Assembly (NCBI GenBank): GCA_026413765.1
Contig: JAOAKI010000001.1
Location: forward strand, 6,325 to 70,324
Reading direction: 5' to 3'
Length of the DNA stretch: 64,000 nucleotides
Source: Candidatus Micrarchaeota archaeon
GTDB lineage: Archaea > Micrarchaeota > Micrarchaeia > Anstonellales > Anstonellaceae
Made by a program: the position numbers and the translations under genes. This document shows, in pieces, positions 43,118 through 53,104 of the stretch; position 1 is the first letter of the stretch; every line of letters begins with the position of its first letter. The notes below the pieces were generated by a model. That model did not search any database and was not told the origin of the DNA. It was given only the letters and a program-made list of their open reading frames with translations.

Positions 43118-44356
43118 TTAGCCAAACGCCCCAAGTGTCGTTTGGCCCTCTTTTGCCTCTTCCTCATCAAAAATTATTATTTGTCCGTATTGGCCGTCAA
43201 ATCCTGCTATTTTCTTTACTTTTCCCTCCCTTATTCTTTTTATTGCTTGCGCAAACCTTTTGCCTGCGTGCTTCAAGAGAGGCCCATCCGCCGCATGCAG
43301 CACCGCAAATTCATTCCCGAACATCTCTATAAGCCTCAAATATTCATTCTGCACAGCTTTTGAAGTTGGTTCCTTGTTTAGTGCCTGCGCGATAATCTCT
43401 TTGAGGGGCACCAAATTTTCAAAAGGCACGGCATTCTTTGGCACAAAACCAGCAGGCCTGTCTGCAAGCTCCTCCACTCTGCTTAAGACCCCAATCGTTA
43501 GCGGCTTTTTGCAGACAGGGCATATTCCTTTGTGCTCCTTAGTCTGCTGCGGAGAAAAGCTCACCTTGCATGCCTTATGGCCGTCAAAGTGATATTTTCC
43601 TTCCTCTGGATAAAATTCGTATGTGCAAGCCAATTTCCTTTTTTCTTTGGAGCAAATCGCATCATAAAGTTCATCATATGTTAGTCTGTCAAGCTCAAAC
43701 ACATTTGCCTCTCTTCCTATTTTCTCAGGGGAATGGCTGTCTGAGTTTGACAGCAGCTGGACTCTGTCTAATTTGGAAAGCCTCCAGTTCATAGGCGGGT
43801 CGGACGAAAGGCCTGTTTCGATTGCATAAATATTTTTTTCATACTCTCCGAAGCATTCTCTCAGCGAGTCAAATCCGCTTTTTGAGCCAAATACCGAAAA
43901 CCACGGTGTCCACGCATGCGCAGGTATGATCAGGTTTTTTCTTGAAATCTCAAGAGCCTGCTCGCAAAGCTCAACCGCGCTCATCGACAAAGTCGGCCTA
44001 CCATCTGCCTCCAAATTGCCCTTTTTTGCAAGCGCCTCATTCAGCTGTTGCGCTATTTCAATCGAAGGGCAAAGCAGGATTAGGTGTATTTTGCGCAATT
44101 TTCCATCCTGCAAATACACGCATGAGACTTCGGCAGAAAGGCAAAAATTCATGCCGTCGTATGTCAAGAAGCCAGAGTCTGACTGGATTGTTTTTCTTTC
44201 CAGCTCGTCTATCCATTTTGGGTGCGTGAAGTCGCCTGTGCCAAGCAGCCCTATGCCTTTTATCTTTGCCCACTTCGAAAGCGCCTCAAGCTCCATTCCT
44301 TCTGAGGTTGCGCGAGAATATTTTGAATGTATGTGCAAATCCGCAATTACTTTCAT
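43118..44356 (-). CDS. endonuclease Q-like PHP-domain protein
   Basis: MKVIADLHIHSKYSRATS, GTGDFTHPKW, IPAHAWTPW, SNSDSHSP, the Zn finger CPVCKKPLTIGVLSRV and the C-terminal GFDGQYGQI parallel the Pyrococcus EndoQ/TIGR00375 layout. Confidence 0.75.
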   Translation of the reverse strand: MKVIADLHIHSKYSRATSEGMELEALSKWAKIKGIGLLGTGDFTHPKWIDELERKTIQSDSGFLTYDGMNFCLSAEVSCVYLQDGKLRKIHLILLCPSIEIAQQLNEALAKKGNLEADGRPTLSMSAVELCEQALEISRKNLIIPAHAWTPWFSVFGSKSGFDSLRECFGEYEKNIYAIETGLSSDPPMNWRLSKLDRVQLLSNSDSHSPEKIGREANVFELDRLTYDELYDAICSKEKRKLACTYEFYPEEGKYHFDGHKACKVSFSPQQTKEHKGICPVCKKPLTIGVLSRVEELADRPAGFVPKNAVPFENLVPLKEIIAQALNKEPTSKAVQNEYLRLIEMFGNEFAVLHAADGPLLKHAGKRFAQAIKRIREGKVKKIAGFDGQYGQIIIFDEEEAKEGQTTLGAFG

Positions 44357-44441
44357 TCCCCTCCCAGCCAGATTTCGAAGGTGAGATTTTTATGCATGCA
44401 AGTGGCAAATTGGTTATAAATTTCTTCTTGATTTTAGATTC

Positions 44442-45515
44442 ATGGCAAACATCTTTTCTTTGCTTGAAAGCAAAGCCAACATCTTCCGCAACGAAGCCGC
44501 CCTCCTTCCAGATTTCTTGCCATCCGAGCTGCCAGGCAGAGAAAAAGAGTTAAAATCGCTTGCTTATTGCCTTTTGCCTGCCTCACAAAACCGCCAGCCT
44601 CAGCATGCCCTGCTGTTTGGCCCGCCAGGGACAGGAAAAACTTCGGTAGCAAAATTCGTGCTGGAGCAGCTTAAGGCATACACAAGCAGAGCATGCCCTA
44701 TCTATATCAACTGCTGGGAGTACTCGACACGCTCTTCAGTTTTTTCTGCCATTGCCGATGCGCTTGGCGAGCTATTGCCAAGAAGAGGCATAGCGGCAGA
44801 CGAAATCTTCAGCAGAATAATAGAGATTGCAAAAAAGCAGGACAAGGTTTTAGTTTTAGTCCTAGATGAAATAGACCGCCTTGGGTCCTCGCACGAAGGA
44901 GTGCAAGTGCTTTATGACCTGTGTCGTGCGTCAGAATCCTATGGGGTCAAGACAGGCATCATTGCAATAACAAATGACGAGCTTTTTCACATGCGCCTTG
45001 ATGGCAGAATCCGCTCCTCGTTTGTTCAAAATACCTTCAAATTCCTGCCTTACACCGTCTCGCAGCTGAAAGAGATATTGGCAAGCCGCGCCAAGATTGC
45101 ATTCGACCCATTGGCGCTTGAGGCGGATGTGATTGGCCTGTGCGCCGCGATCGCGTTCAAAAAAGGCGGCGATGCAAGGATTGCGCTTTCGCTTTTGCAT
45201 AAGGCAGGCAAAGAGGCAGAAGCAGAAGGCGCAAGCAAAGTCTTGACAAAGCATGTCAGGCAAGCAGAGCAGAAAGCAGACTACTCAAATGCAAAATCCG
45301 TCCGCAAATTTGGCCAGCTGGACGAGATCGACCAGCAAATTGTGCAGGCAGCAAAAGATGGAATACTGTCTGGCCAGCTTTATCAAAAGCTTTCTTGGCT
45401 GGCAAGGCCTCGCTCGCTTAGGGCAAGAATAGAAAGGCTTGCAAGGCTGGGCATATTGACAGTGGAAGAAAGGCAGATTGGCAAGGGAAAAAGCAGGCTT
45501 ATAAAATCTGCTTAG
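44442..45515 (+). CDS. cdc6: Orc1/Cdc6 replication initiator
   Basis: LPGREKELKSLAYCL, Walker [16 protein letters not shown], Walker B VLVLDEID, and a C-terminal winged helix. Confidence 0.9.
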   Translation: MANIFSLLESKANIFRNEAALLPDFLPSELPGREKELKSLAYCLLPASQNRQPQHALLFGPPGTGKTSVAKFVLEQLKAYTSRACPIYINCWEYSTRSSVFSAIADALGELLPRRGIAADEIFSRIIEIAKKQDKVLVLVLDEIDRLGSSHEGVQVLYDLCRASESYGVKTGIIAITNDELFHMRLDGRIRSSFVQNTFKFLPYTVSQLKEILASRAKIAFDPLALEADVIGLCAAIAFKKGGDARIALSLLHKAGKEAEAEGASKVLTKHVRQAEQKADYSNAKSVRKFGQLDEIDQQIVQAAKDGILSGQLYQKLSWLARPRSLRARIERLARLGILTVEERQIGKGKSRLIKSA

Positions 45516-46744
45516 CCACGCGCAGCCTCTATTGCTTCTTTCACGCTTATTGTCTCTTCCTTTCCGCTCTGCAGGTCCCTGAGGGTCACTTTCTTGGCTT
45601 CTTTTTCTTTCTGCCCGACCACTACTGCCCACCTGCACCAGCTTGAGGCATATTCAAGCTGTTTTGCAAGGCTTCTTTTGTTTAAATCGGTCTGTGCAGC
45701 TATCCCTGCTGCCCGGAAAGCGGCAGCAACTTCGATCGCATAACTATAAGATGCTTCATCTACTGCCGCGACAAATACGCCTGCATTTGCTTGAGGCAAG
45801 CGTTTGGACAGGCTCATTATTCTTTCAATCCCAAGCGAGATGCCTACCGCAAAGTCTCCCTGGCCGTAAAGTTCAAGGAGGTTGTCATACCTTCCGCCTC
45901 CAGCCACCGAGCCTATCGTGTCTGCCAATTTGATTTCAAATATTGGGCCGGTGTAGTAATCGAGTCCTCGCGCAAGTGACAAGTCTATCACTATGCTTCT
46001 GCTGCCAGGATAGCTTTCGGCAAGCTCTATTATGCTTTCCAAGTCCTGTGCTGCAGCCTTGCTATATCGGGAGGCAATCTCTATCTTTTCCTCATTTTTT
46101 GTTTTTGCAGTGATTTGGTCAATCAAATCCTGCGCCTTGTTTTTTTCGACTCCAAGCCCTTCCAAAAGCCTTATTGTTTCCTCATCACCTATTTTTTCCC
46201 TTTTGTCAAGAATCCTCAATATTTGCGTCTCTTTGCTTGCAAGAAGGCTTTTTGCAACTGCGGAAATGATTCTTCTGTCATTCAGATGTACTGTTGGGTT
46301 GCTGAACCCAAGCGCGCCAAGCGCATGCGAGGCAACCGCAATCAACTCTGCTTCTGCTCTTACTGAAGGGCAGCCGATTATGTCTGCGTCAGCCTGGTAA
46401 AATTCCCTGAACCTGCCTTTCTGCGGCTCCTCTTTTCTCCATACCGGACCAATGCAATATCGCTTGAGCGGCTTTTTGAAGCTGTTGTTTGCAGCTACCC
46501 GTGCCAGAGGCACTGTCAAATCAAATCTCAATGCAAGCTTGCCGTCCTCAATCCTGAACAATTGACCTCTGATTTCCTCTCCGCATTTCTTTTCAAGGGT
46601 CTCTATGTTTTCCAGGGCAGGAGTATCCATCGGCACGAACCCATAAAGCCGATAAATTTCCTTTATCGTCTGGATTGTCTGCTCTCTTTGCATCATTTCC
46701 TGCGGGAGAAAATCTCTCATCCCCTTTGGCGCATAAAACTCCAT
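45512..46744 (-). CDS. hisS: histidyl-tRNA synthetase
   Basis: APKGMRDFLP, LRFDLTVPLAR, RYCIGPVWRKEEPQKGRFREFYQ and GGGRYDNL motifs. ATG at 46744. Confidence 0.9.
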   Translation of the reverse strand: MEFYAPKGMRDFLPQEMMQREQTIQTIKEIYRLYGFVPMDTPALENIETLEKKCGEEIRGQLFRIEDGKLALRFDLTVPLARVAANNSFKKPLKRYCIGPVWRKEEPQKGRFREFYQADADIIGCPSVRAEAELIAVASHALGALGFSNPTVHLNDRRIISAVAKSLLASKETQILRILDKREKIGDEETIRLLEGLGVEKNKAQDLIDQITAKTKNEEKIEIASRYSKAAAQDLESIIELAESYPGSRSIVIDLSLARGLDYYTGPIFEIKLADTIGSVAGGGRYDNLLELYGQGDFAVGISLGIERIMSLSKRLPQANAGVFVAAVDEASYSYAIEVAAAFRAAGIAAQTDLNKRSLAKQLEYASSWCRWAVVVGQKEKEAKKVTLRDLQSGKEETISVKEAIEAARG

Positions 46745-46755
46745 CTTGCTCACTT

Positions 46756-47064
46756 TCACTTCAAGCTCGCCTGAATCCAGCTCTTTAGTGTCTCTTTGGA
46801 AGCCGCACCCACTCTGTTTGCAACTATTTTGCCTTCTTTGAAAAGCACCAGCGTTGGAATGGACGAAATTCCGAATTTTTCTGCAAGCTCCGGCTGCTCG
46901 TCAACATTTACCTTCCCAAATTTTACATCTTTCATCTCAGCAGCCAGTTCCTCAAGAATAGGGGCGACCATCCTGCAAGGACCGCACCATGGAGCCCAGA
47001 AATCCACCAGCACCGTTTTGCCTTTTACTTCTCTCTCGAAGTTCTCTTCAGTCAAAGTGATCAT
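46756..47064 (-). CDS. trxA: thioredoxin
   Basis: VLVDFWAPWCGPCRM active site, at 102 aa. Confidence 0.9.
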   Translation of the reverse strand: MITLTEENFEREVKGKTVLVDFWAPWCGPCRMVAPILEELAAEMKDVKFGKVNVDEQPELAEKFGISSIPTLVLFKEGKIVANRVGAASKETLKSWIQASLK

Positions 47065-47165
47065 TCAAACACCCCATTGCTATTGCGCAAGTTAATTGTT
47101 TTATTATTTTTGGCATGCGCTGCTCTTTTGTTTGCCTGGGTTTTTTGCAAAAAAGCAGAGAATCT

Positions 47166-47648
47166 TCATTTTTGGAGTTCAAAATAAGATTTGAATTTAT
47201 CCGTAGTGAAAAGCGCCTTTGTCCTGCCTTCCTTTTTTTGCGTCAAGAACCCTTTCTGGACCAGCTCTGCGACATCTTTGTAGATAGTTGAGCCGAGCTT
47301 TTGGGCAAGGACTGATTTTTTTATCCCTTCATTTCTTGAGATGTAGGCAAGCGTTTTTAGGGCATGCTTGCTGATCTCGCCTTCCTTTGCAATCTCCTTT
47401 ACAAAGCCGACATATAATGGCTTGAGCCTCATAGTGTATCTTCCTTCCTCCTGCGCTATCTGTATGGCGCTGCCTGTCTGCTCATATCTTTGGGCAAGCG
47501 CGTCAAGCCTTTGCGCAATATAGCCAGGAGCCGCAATCCCAACGATTTTCGCAAGCTCCTGCACTGAAAGAGGCTTGCTGCTCATAAAAAGCGCAGCCTC
47601 AATTATCCTCTCCACTTCTTTTTCGTCCATAAAATCAGCCGCCCTCAT
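47166..47648 (-). CDS. scpB: segregation and condensation protein B-like
   Basis: IIEAALFMSSKPLSVQELAKIVG, followed by a second winged-helix segment. It overlaps the scpA 3' end. Confidence 0.8.
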   Translation of the reverse strand: MRAADFMDEKEVERIIEAALFMSSKPLSVQELAKIVGIAAPGYIAQRLDALAQRYEQTGSAIQIAQEEGRYTMRLKPLYVGFVKEIAKEGEISKHALKTLAYISRNEGIKKSVLAQKLGSTIYKDVAELVQKGFLTQKKEGRTKALFTTDKFKSYFELQK

Positions 47649-48417
47649 TTACCCTTATGAATATCTCACCAAAAAATTTTTCTTGAAAAAGCGAAAGCCT
47701 TTTTGCCTGCACGAGGTGAAGAAGCGGGATAAGGACAGATATGATTTCTACTGGCGTGCGCTCTTTCAGCAAAGAGGAAAAGGTGGCAAGCCCCTCCGAA
47801 TCCTTCTCTTTTAGCACCCGTTGATAAACTTCCTCCATTTTCTCTTCAATGTTGAACTCAGGCAGCTGTATGTTTATGACAGGCTGAATCTCAATCTTGC
47901 GCGCTTTCTCTTCTCTTCTTTTTTGCTCCTCAAAAACCTTCTCCATCGCAACCAAAAGCTCGTCTAATGTAACCATCCTTTTTGGCGGGATTCTCGTTCT
48001 CAGCTCCAGCACAGGTATGACTTCGGGCTCGGCATTCTCCTCCACATAAGTTTCTTCGACAGCCTCTTGTGTCTCCTCCTCAAATTTCAAAGCATAAGCC
48101 TTGAATCTCACCAGAATTGCGGCAGCCAATATCAAGTTGGCAGGTATTCGCAAATCCAGAAGCTCCATTTTTTTTATCCTTTCCAGGTAGCCCGTAGTTA
48201 TCTCAACAATGTCTATGTTCCATGGGTCAAGCTTTTTTGCGGCAACCAAATCAAGCAAAACTTCGCGCCAGGTCGGAATTGCGACGATTTTTTCAAGCTT
48301 TATGTCTTCTGGCTGAAGGTCCTCTACCGAAACACTTTCATGCTCTTCTACTATTTCTTCGCTTTCCTGGACGCCCATGCAAAAAATTTGGCATTCTTGC
48401 TTATATTTTTTTGTCAT
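47635..48417 (-). CDS. scpA: segregation and condensation protein A-like (kleisin)
   Basis: LDLVAAKKLDPWNIDIVEITTGYLERIKKM...IPANLILAAAILVRFK, plus a C-terminal winged helix (VEIISVLIPLLHL). Confidence 0.8.
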   Translation of the reverse strand: MTKKYKQECQIFCMGVQESEEIVEEHESVSVEDLQPEDIKLEKIVAIPTWREVLLDLVAAKKLDPWNIDIVEITTGYLERIKKMELLDLRIPANLILAAAILVRFKAYALKFEEETQEAVEETYVEENAEPEVIPVLELRTRIPPKRMVTLDELLVAMEKVFEEQKRREEKARKIEIQPVINIQLPEFNIEEKMEEVYQRVLKEKDSEGLATFSSLLKERTPVEIISVLIPLLHLVQAKRLSLFQEKFFGEIFIRVNEGG

Positions 48418-48464
48418 CCACCAAATTATTAAAAAAGCCGTCTGATAACTATTGCAATGGTTCT

Positions 48465-48956
48465 ATGGCACAGCAGAAGTCTTTCGATGAACTTGCGGAA
48501 GAAGTAGCCCAAAACGGGGGCTTTGCGGCAATTTTCTATTTTGACTTGCATGCCCCTTCTGAAGAAGAGGTCAAAAACCTCATGGTCGGCTTCATCAGCA
48601 AGCTGACAGGCGAGCCGGGCGTGCTTTACGCAGTAGGCGAGATTGACAAGCCAATCCAGAAAGAAAACCTTTTTTCTACCTGGGCAGAAGTCAAGATTCT
48701 GGCAAACGACTTTTCCACTCTGGTGAGGCTTTCCACAATGTATTCTCCGATAGGGGTGGAGATAATCCAGCCATCCGAAGTGAGGCTTTCACTTTCTGAA
48801 GCGCAAGGGATTCTGCTTGATATCTCGCAGACAAGCTTGAATTTCACCAAGCTGATTATGGAGCGTGTGCTTTCCAAAGAGGAAGTTGAGCAATATAAAA
48901 GCAAGCTGCAGCAGCGGGCAGAATTAGGAAAGAGGCTTTTGCAAAAAAAGCAATAG
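48465..48956 (+). CDS. hypothetical protein (163 aa) immediately upstream of a KaiC-like ATPase
   Basis: ATG 48465. It has a mixed alpha/beta N-terminal part and a C-terminal coiled-coil tail (EEVEQYKSKLQQRAELGKRLLQKKQ). No family recognised. Confidence 0.5.
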   Translation: MAQQKSFDELAEEVAQNGGFAAIFYFDLHAPSEEEVKNLMVGFISKLTGEPGVLYAVGEIDKPIQKENLFSTWAEVKILANDFSTLVRLSTMYSPIGVEIIQPSEVRLSLSEAQGILLDISQTSLNFTKLIMERVLSKEEVEQYKSKLQQRAELGKRLLQKKQ

Positions 48957-48965
48957 GTGTCTCCT

Positions 48966-49679
48966 ATGCAAGAAAAAGTGAAATCTGGCATCCCTGGTCT
49001 TGATAAGATGCTTGGGGGCGGCTTCCCAAAAGGTAGTGTGATTGCTGTTTCGGGCGGCACCGGCTCAGGAAGAACCACATTTGTTTTTCAGTTCCTTGCA
49101 GCAGGCGCGCTGGAATACGATGAGCCAGGGTTATTTTTGTCTTTTGACGAGCAAAAGTCATCTATCTATCCGCATCTTGCTTCTTTTGGCTGGGATCTTG
49201 TCGAGCTTGAGAAAAAGCAGCAAGTCGTTTTCATAGAATACCCCCAAAATGAACTTTCCTCGTTCGTGGAGCAAGAGGGGGCAATCAGGGACCTGATAGA
49301 CACATTAGGCATCAAAAGGGTGGCATTGGACTCAATCACTCCGTTTGCCTTGCTTTACACAAATCCAGAAGAAAGAAGGACAAATACGCTTAAGCTTGTC
49401 TCCGCATTGCGCTCTTGGAAGACGGTGTCTCTTGTGTCTGCCGAGGACATTCCTGGCTCTTCAACAACATTCCCCCACACGATCTCAGGCATCGAGTCTT
49501 TTGCAGACGGATTCATCCATATCTCTTTCCTTAGGGAAGGAAGAGTAAGGCACAGGACAGTCGAAGTGATAAAAATGAGAGGATGCAAGCACGAGCATGA
49601 AACAAGGCTGGCGCTTCTGACCGAAAAAGGATTCATGATAGTATCCGAGGAAGAAAAAGCTAAGAAAAGGCGCATTTGA
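48966..49679 (+). CDS. KaiC/RadA-like single-domain ATPase
   Basis: SGIPGLDKMLGGGFPKGSVIAVSGGTGSGRTTFVFQF is the Walker A region. RVALDS is Walker B-like. It ends in VIKMRGCKHEHE. Confidence 0.8.
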   Translation: MQEKVKSGIPGLDKMLGGGFPKGSVIAVSGGTGSGRTTFVFQFLAAGALEYDEPGLFLSFDEQKSSIYPHLASFGWDLVELEKKQQVVFIEYPQNELSSFVEQEGAIRDLIDTLGIKRVALDSITPFALLYTNPEERRTNTLKLVSALRSWKTVSLVSAEDIPGSSTTFPHTISGIESFADGFIHISFLREGRVRHRTVEVIKMRGCKHEHETRLALLTEKGFMIVSEEEKAKKRRI

Positions 49680-50764
49680 TGGCAACTGAAAAAATTGACC
49701 CGTGGTCCTCTACTCAGGCATTTGACTATTTGCGCCTTTTTGAGCAATTCGGCCTTTCACACATTTCTGATGAGCTTTCTGCAAAAGCCAATTTCCATCT
49801 CATCAGAAGGCAAGTCATTTTTGCCCACCGCGATTTTGACTTGTGGCTCAAAGATGCGCTTGAAGGCAAGCCTGTGGCGGTGATGTCCGGAATAAAGCCT
49901 TCATCAGAGTTTCATCTTGGCAGCAAGCTTACTGCAGATGAGATGATTTTCTTCCAAAAAAAGTTCGGAGCGCATGTTTTCTATTCTATCGCAGACCTAG
50001 AGGCTTTTGCAGACAATAACTTGTCGCTTGAGGAATCATTTTCGTTTGCTGTTTCGAACCTTGCAGATTTTCTTGCTTTGGGGCTAGACCCAAAAAAATC
50101 ATTTGTTTACCTTCAAAGCCAGGAAAAGCGCGTAATGAACATGGCATATATTTTTTCAAAGAGGGCAACGCCAGCACTGCTGACAGCTCTTTACGGCCAA
50201 CGGAACTATTCGCTTTATTTTGCTGCGCTTACGCAGGTCGGCGACATCCTTCTTCCGCAGCATAGAGATTTTGGCGGGCCCAAAAGGACGCTTGTGCCAG
50301 TTGGCATCGACCAGGATCCGCATATTAGGTTCGCAAGGGATATCGCATTCAAGGAGAAGCTTCTTGCGCCTTCAGCAATCTATCACAAGCTCATGCGAGG
50401 GTTGCGCGGCGAGGCAAAAATGAGCAAGCGAGACGCCTCTTCCGTCCTTTCACTTTCCGATTCCCAAGAAGAGGCAAAAAGGAAGCTGGCCTCAACCCTT
50501 ACTGGCGGGCGCGCGACTGCGGAAGAGCAAAGAAAGCTTGGCGGCCAGATTGAGAATTGCGTTTTTTATGAAATCATGCGCTATCATTTTCTGCTTGATG
50601 AGCATGAGCTGGAGAAGATGCGCCAAGACTGCGTGTCTGGCGCGGTGCTCTGCGGCGATTGCAAAGCATGCTACTCAAAAAAGGTCCTTGAGTGGCTGGC
50701 AAAGCATCAAGAAAAGAAAAAAAAGATGCTGCCTCTGGCAAAAAAGCTGCTCAAGAAAGACTAA
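49679..50764 (+). CDS. trpS: tryptophanyl-tRNA synthetase (archaeal/eukaryotic type)
   Basis: The N-terminal region contains IDPW. The HIGH region is GIKPSSEFHLGSKL, and KMSKRD is the KMSKS motif. Its ATG overlaps the upstream stop (TGATG). Confidence 0.8.
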   Translation: MATEKIDPWSSTQAFDYLRLFEQFGLSHISDELSAKANFHLIRRQVIFAHRDFDLWLKDALEGKPVAVMSGIKPSSEFHLGSKLTADEMIFFQKKFGAHVFYSIADLEAFADNNLSLEESFSFAVSNLADFLALGLDPKKSFVYLQSQEKRVMNMAYIFSKRATPALLTALYGQRNYSLYFAALTQVGDILLPQHRDFGGPKRTLVPVGIDQDPHIRFARDIAFKEKLLAPSAIYHKLMRGLRGEAKMSKRDASSVLSLSDSQEEAKRKLASTLTGGRATAEEQRKLGGQIENCVFYEIMRYHFLLDEHELEKMRQDCVSGAVLCGDCKACYSKKVLEWLAKHQEKKKKMLPLAKKLLKKD

Positions 50765-51759
50765 TAGCGCATTTGCCTTTTTGCTTGTGCAATCCTTGGG
50801 ACAAATGCGCAGCCGACTGCTGCCTCAACCTGCTCCCGGCGATGCATCAAATTGGAGGAGAACCAGCCAAGCGCGCCTTGCCGATAACCTATATTTTCTA
50901 TTCCTGCGACCTGGCGCATCACATAGGACAAGTCTTTTTTTGTGCTTTTTATCTTTTTTATTATCCATGCTGGAATCGCAAATCCCATGCCAGTCCCATA
51001 AGTTTCAGACTCGCCGTCATAAACGCAGCATACTGTTATGTCCAAATGCATTCCTTTTTTCATGTTGGAAAAAATGCCGGATTCAATTCCAATTGCGTAG
51101 TCGCATTTTCCCCCGCTTCTTTTCCATGCTGCAAGTGCGCGGTTACGTGCGCCAGCAAATGTCTGCCTGTCAAATGGATGGGCTCCAACACCTGATTTTT
51201 CCGCATGGTTCTTTATCTGAAATTTTCTTCCAAAAATCTTTCTCAGCGCGTTTTTGGCCCCAGCCAACTTTGTCGGGTTGTTGGTTGCAATCTGCACCCA
51301 AAGCTTCTTTTTTATCCTTCCTTTCTTGTCCGTCTTTCCCTCGAATATCTTTGCGCACGAGATTTTCTTTAAGTCTTCGCCAAAGACAATTGGCACTACT
51401 ATTATTTTCAGGGCCCGCAGCCCTCTTTTGCGTCTTTCATTGTTTATCTTGACCGCATTGGGGGCGCTTTCTGGGCTCACAATTATAGCGTCAGCATCCT
51501 TTATCCTTTCTGCCCCTCCATATTCGTCCTCAATCACCTTTATCGCAGATTTCTTCAGGATGCCAAGTATTTTGAGCGCCTTTTTGACGTTCCTGACCCT
51601 CTTTTTAAGCGGAAAAGAAGGGTAAAGCTTGTGCTCTTTTACATAATTGTCCGATGTAATGCCAACAGTTATCTTGCTGAACTTTTTGCATTCTTTAAAT
51701 AGCCGCAGATGGCCTTCATGGACATATGTGAATGTGCCTCCTATGATGCAATGCTTCAT
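50761..51759 (-). CDS. fusion of archaeal phosphopantetheine adenylyltransferase-like domain and DUF84 (inosine/xanthosine triphosphatase-like) domain
   Basis: The N-terminal IIGGTFTYVHEGHLRLF is the cytidylyltransferase (H/T)xGH motif. The C-terminal half (VQIATNNPTKLAGAKNAL...SGVGAHPFDRQTFAGARNRA...GIESG) matches the DUF84 NTPase pattern. Confidence 0.7.
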   Translation of the reverse strand: MKHCIIGGTFTYVHEGHLRLFKECKKFSKITVGITSDNYVKEHKLYPSFPLKKRVRNVKKALKILGILKKSAIKVIEDEYGGAERIKDADAIIVSPESAPNAVKINNERRKRGLRALKIIVVPIVFGEDLKKISCAKIFEGKTDKKGRIKKKLWVQIATNNPTKLAGAKNALRKIFGRKFQIKNHAEKSGVGAHPFDRQTFAGARNRALAAWKRSGGKCDYAIGIESGIFSNMKKGMHLDITVCCVYDGESETYGTGMGFAIPAWIIKKIKSTKKDLSYVMRQVAGIENIGYRQGALGWFSSNLMHRREQVEAAVGCAFVPRIAQAKRQMRY

Positions 51760-51765
51760 CAGCTT

Positions 51766-53100
51766 TCACCAGCTGTATTTAAATCCAAAAAGCTCGTATA
51801 TGTATGCGACAAGAAACACAAGACCGATAAAGACAGGATAAGCCACTATCAAAAGCAAAAGTGGCAGAAAATGCCTTGCCTTCAGCCTTCTGTTTGTTAT
51901 CTCAAAGCTTTTTATCAGAAAATACGCCCAAATCGACAAGGTAAAGATTCCCAATATCCAGGCAGACTGAAAAACAATGATTCCAGAATTTAACGTCGCA
52001 CTAAACGCCTCTACTCCTGCAGAGAAATTAGCAACAACAGGCCACAGCCAGTCGACTATGTTTCTGCTCAGAGTCATGAGCGTCCATGCCATGAAAAGAG
52101 CGGCAAAAAACCCTGCTCCAAGAGTGGTTGGCAAGATGAATAGTCCGAAATCCCCGTATTTTGGGTTGAAGAAAAGATCTATGTATTTTAGTATATTCAT
52201 CACTCCTCCCCTATACCAGCGCAGCCTTTGCCGGAAGAGCTTTCCTAATGTTTCTGGGACATCTGTTCGCACAACCGTCTCGTGGCATACCTTTATCTTG
52301 TAGCCATGCTTTTGGAAGCGCAAAGCTATCTCCATATCTTCGGTCAAGTTTTTCTCGTCAAATCCGCCAAGCTCAAGCAGTATTCTTTTCCTGTAAAGCG
52401 CGGTCGGCCCAGGCGTGACATACAATCCGTCTATGCTTGCAATCGTCCTAAAGAAAAACCCAAAAGAGATCAAATATTCTATCTCCTGGATTTTTTGCAA
52501 GAGCGTCTTTGGCTTGTTTGCGCAGATGAAAACCACTACTGAGGCAACTTTCTTGTCTTCATAGAAGTGCTTGACTGATTCAATGAGCGCATTTTCCGCA
52601 GGGTAGGAATCCGAATCAATGCATGCCACAATCTCTCCTTTCGCGTGCTCCAAACCTCTGTTTAATGCAGCTGCCTTGCCGCAGTTTTTTAGATTTTTGA
52701 CAAGTTTGATTCCTTTCACTTTCTTGAGCAGCTCGTATGATCCGTCAGTTGAGCCATCATCCACTACGATTATCTCGACTTTCTTTGGGTATTTCATTCT
52801 CTTGCAGGCGCGCAAGCAGTCGAATATTGTCTCTTTTGCGTTAAATGAAGGGATTATTATGCTGACCGAAGGGTAATTTTTTAAAGAAGGCAAGCTCGTT
52901 TTCCTCCCTTCCTCCTGAAGCCACAAGACCAAGTAAGAGGAAAAGATGAAAAGAGTCAAGATGGTGTAGCCAATGAAAATCAGCTGGTAAGATATAATGA
53001 AAAAAATGAATATAACAACAGCAGCCACCGAAAGGCCTATGACTGCAAGCTGGCGCCGCTGTGGTATCGAAATTGTAGAGCGCGCATGTTCTGTTGCCAA
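51766..53100 (-). CDS. family-2 glycosyltransferase, processive type (membrane-embedded)
   Basis: VSIIIPSFNAKETI, IIVVDDGSTDGS, DSD, TEDME and QRLRWYRG (QxxRW) are flanked by TM segments. The start appears to be TTG at 53100, 4 nt after the upstream stop. Confidence 0.85.
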   Translation of the reverse strand: MATEHARSTISIPQRRQLAVIGLSVAAVVIFIFFIISYQLIFIGYTILTLFIFSSYLVLWLQEEGRKTSLPSLKNYPSVSIIIPSFNAKETIFDCLRACKRMKYPKKVEIIVVDDGSTDGSYELLKKVKGIKLVKNLKNCGKAAALNRGLEHAKGEIVACIDSDSYPAENALIESVKHFYEDKKVASVVVFICANKPKTLLQKIQEIEYLISFGFFFRTIASIDGLYVTPGPTALYRKRILLELGGFDEKNLTEDMEIALRFQKHGYKIKVCHETVVRTDVPETLGKLFRQRLRWYRGGVMNILKYIDLFFNPKYGDFGLFILPTTLGAGFFAALFMAWTLMTLSRNIVDWLWPVVANFSAGVEAFSATLNSGIIVFQSAWILGIFTLSIWAYFLIKSFEITNRRLKARHFLPLLLLIVAYPVFIGLVFLVAYIYELFGFKYSW

Positions 53101-53104
53101 TGGC

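Noticed and set aside
44357-44441. Replication origin next to orc1/cdc6.
   Set aside because: The upstream spacer is only 85 bp. It has no repeated ORB-like elements or extended A/T-rich unwinding region that I can see. Downstream, the gene overlaps hisS. The origin, if linked to this Orc1, is not evident in the window.
50538-51452. A 304-aa plus-strand ORF (and 50692..51195).
   Set aside because: It overlaps the trpS 3' end and is antisense to the PPAT-DUF84 gene. Its Ser/Leu/Cys/Arg-rich translation carries no motifs.
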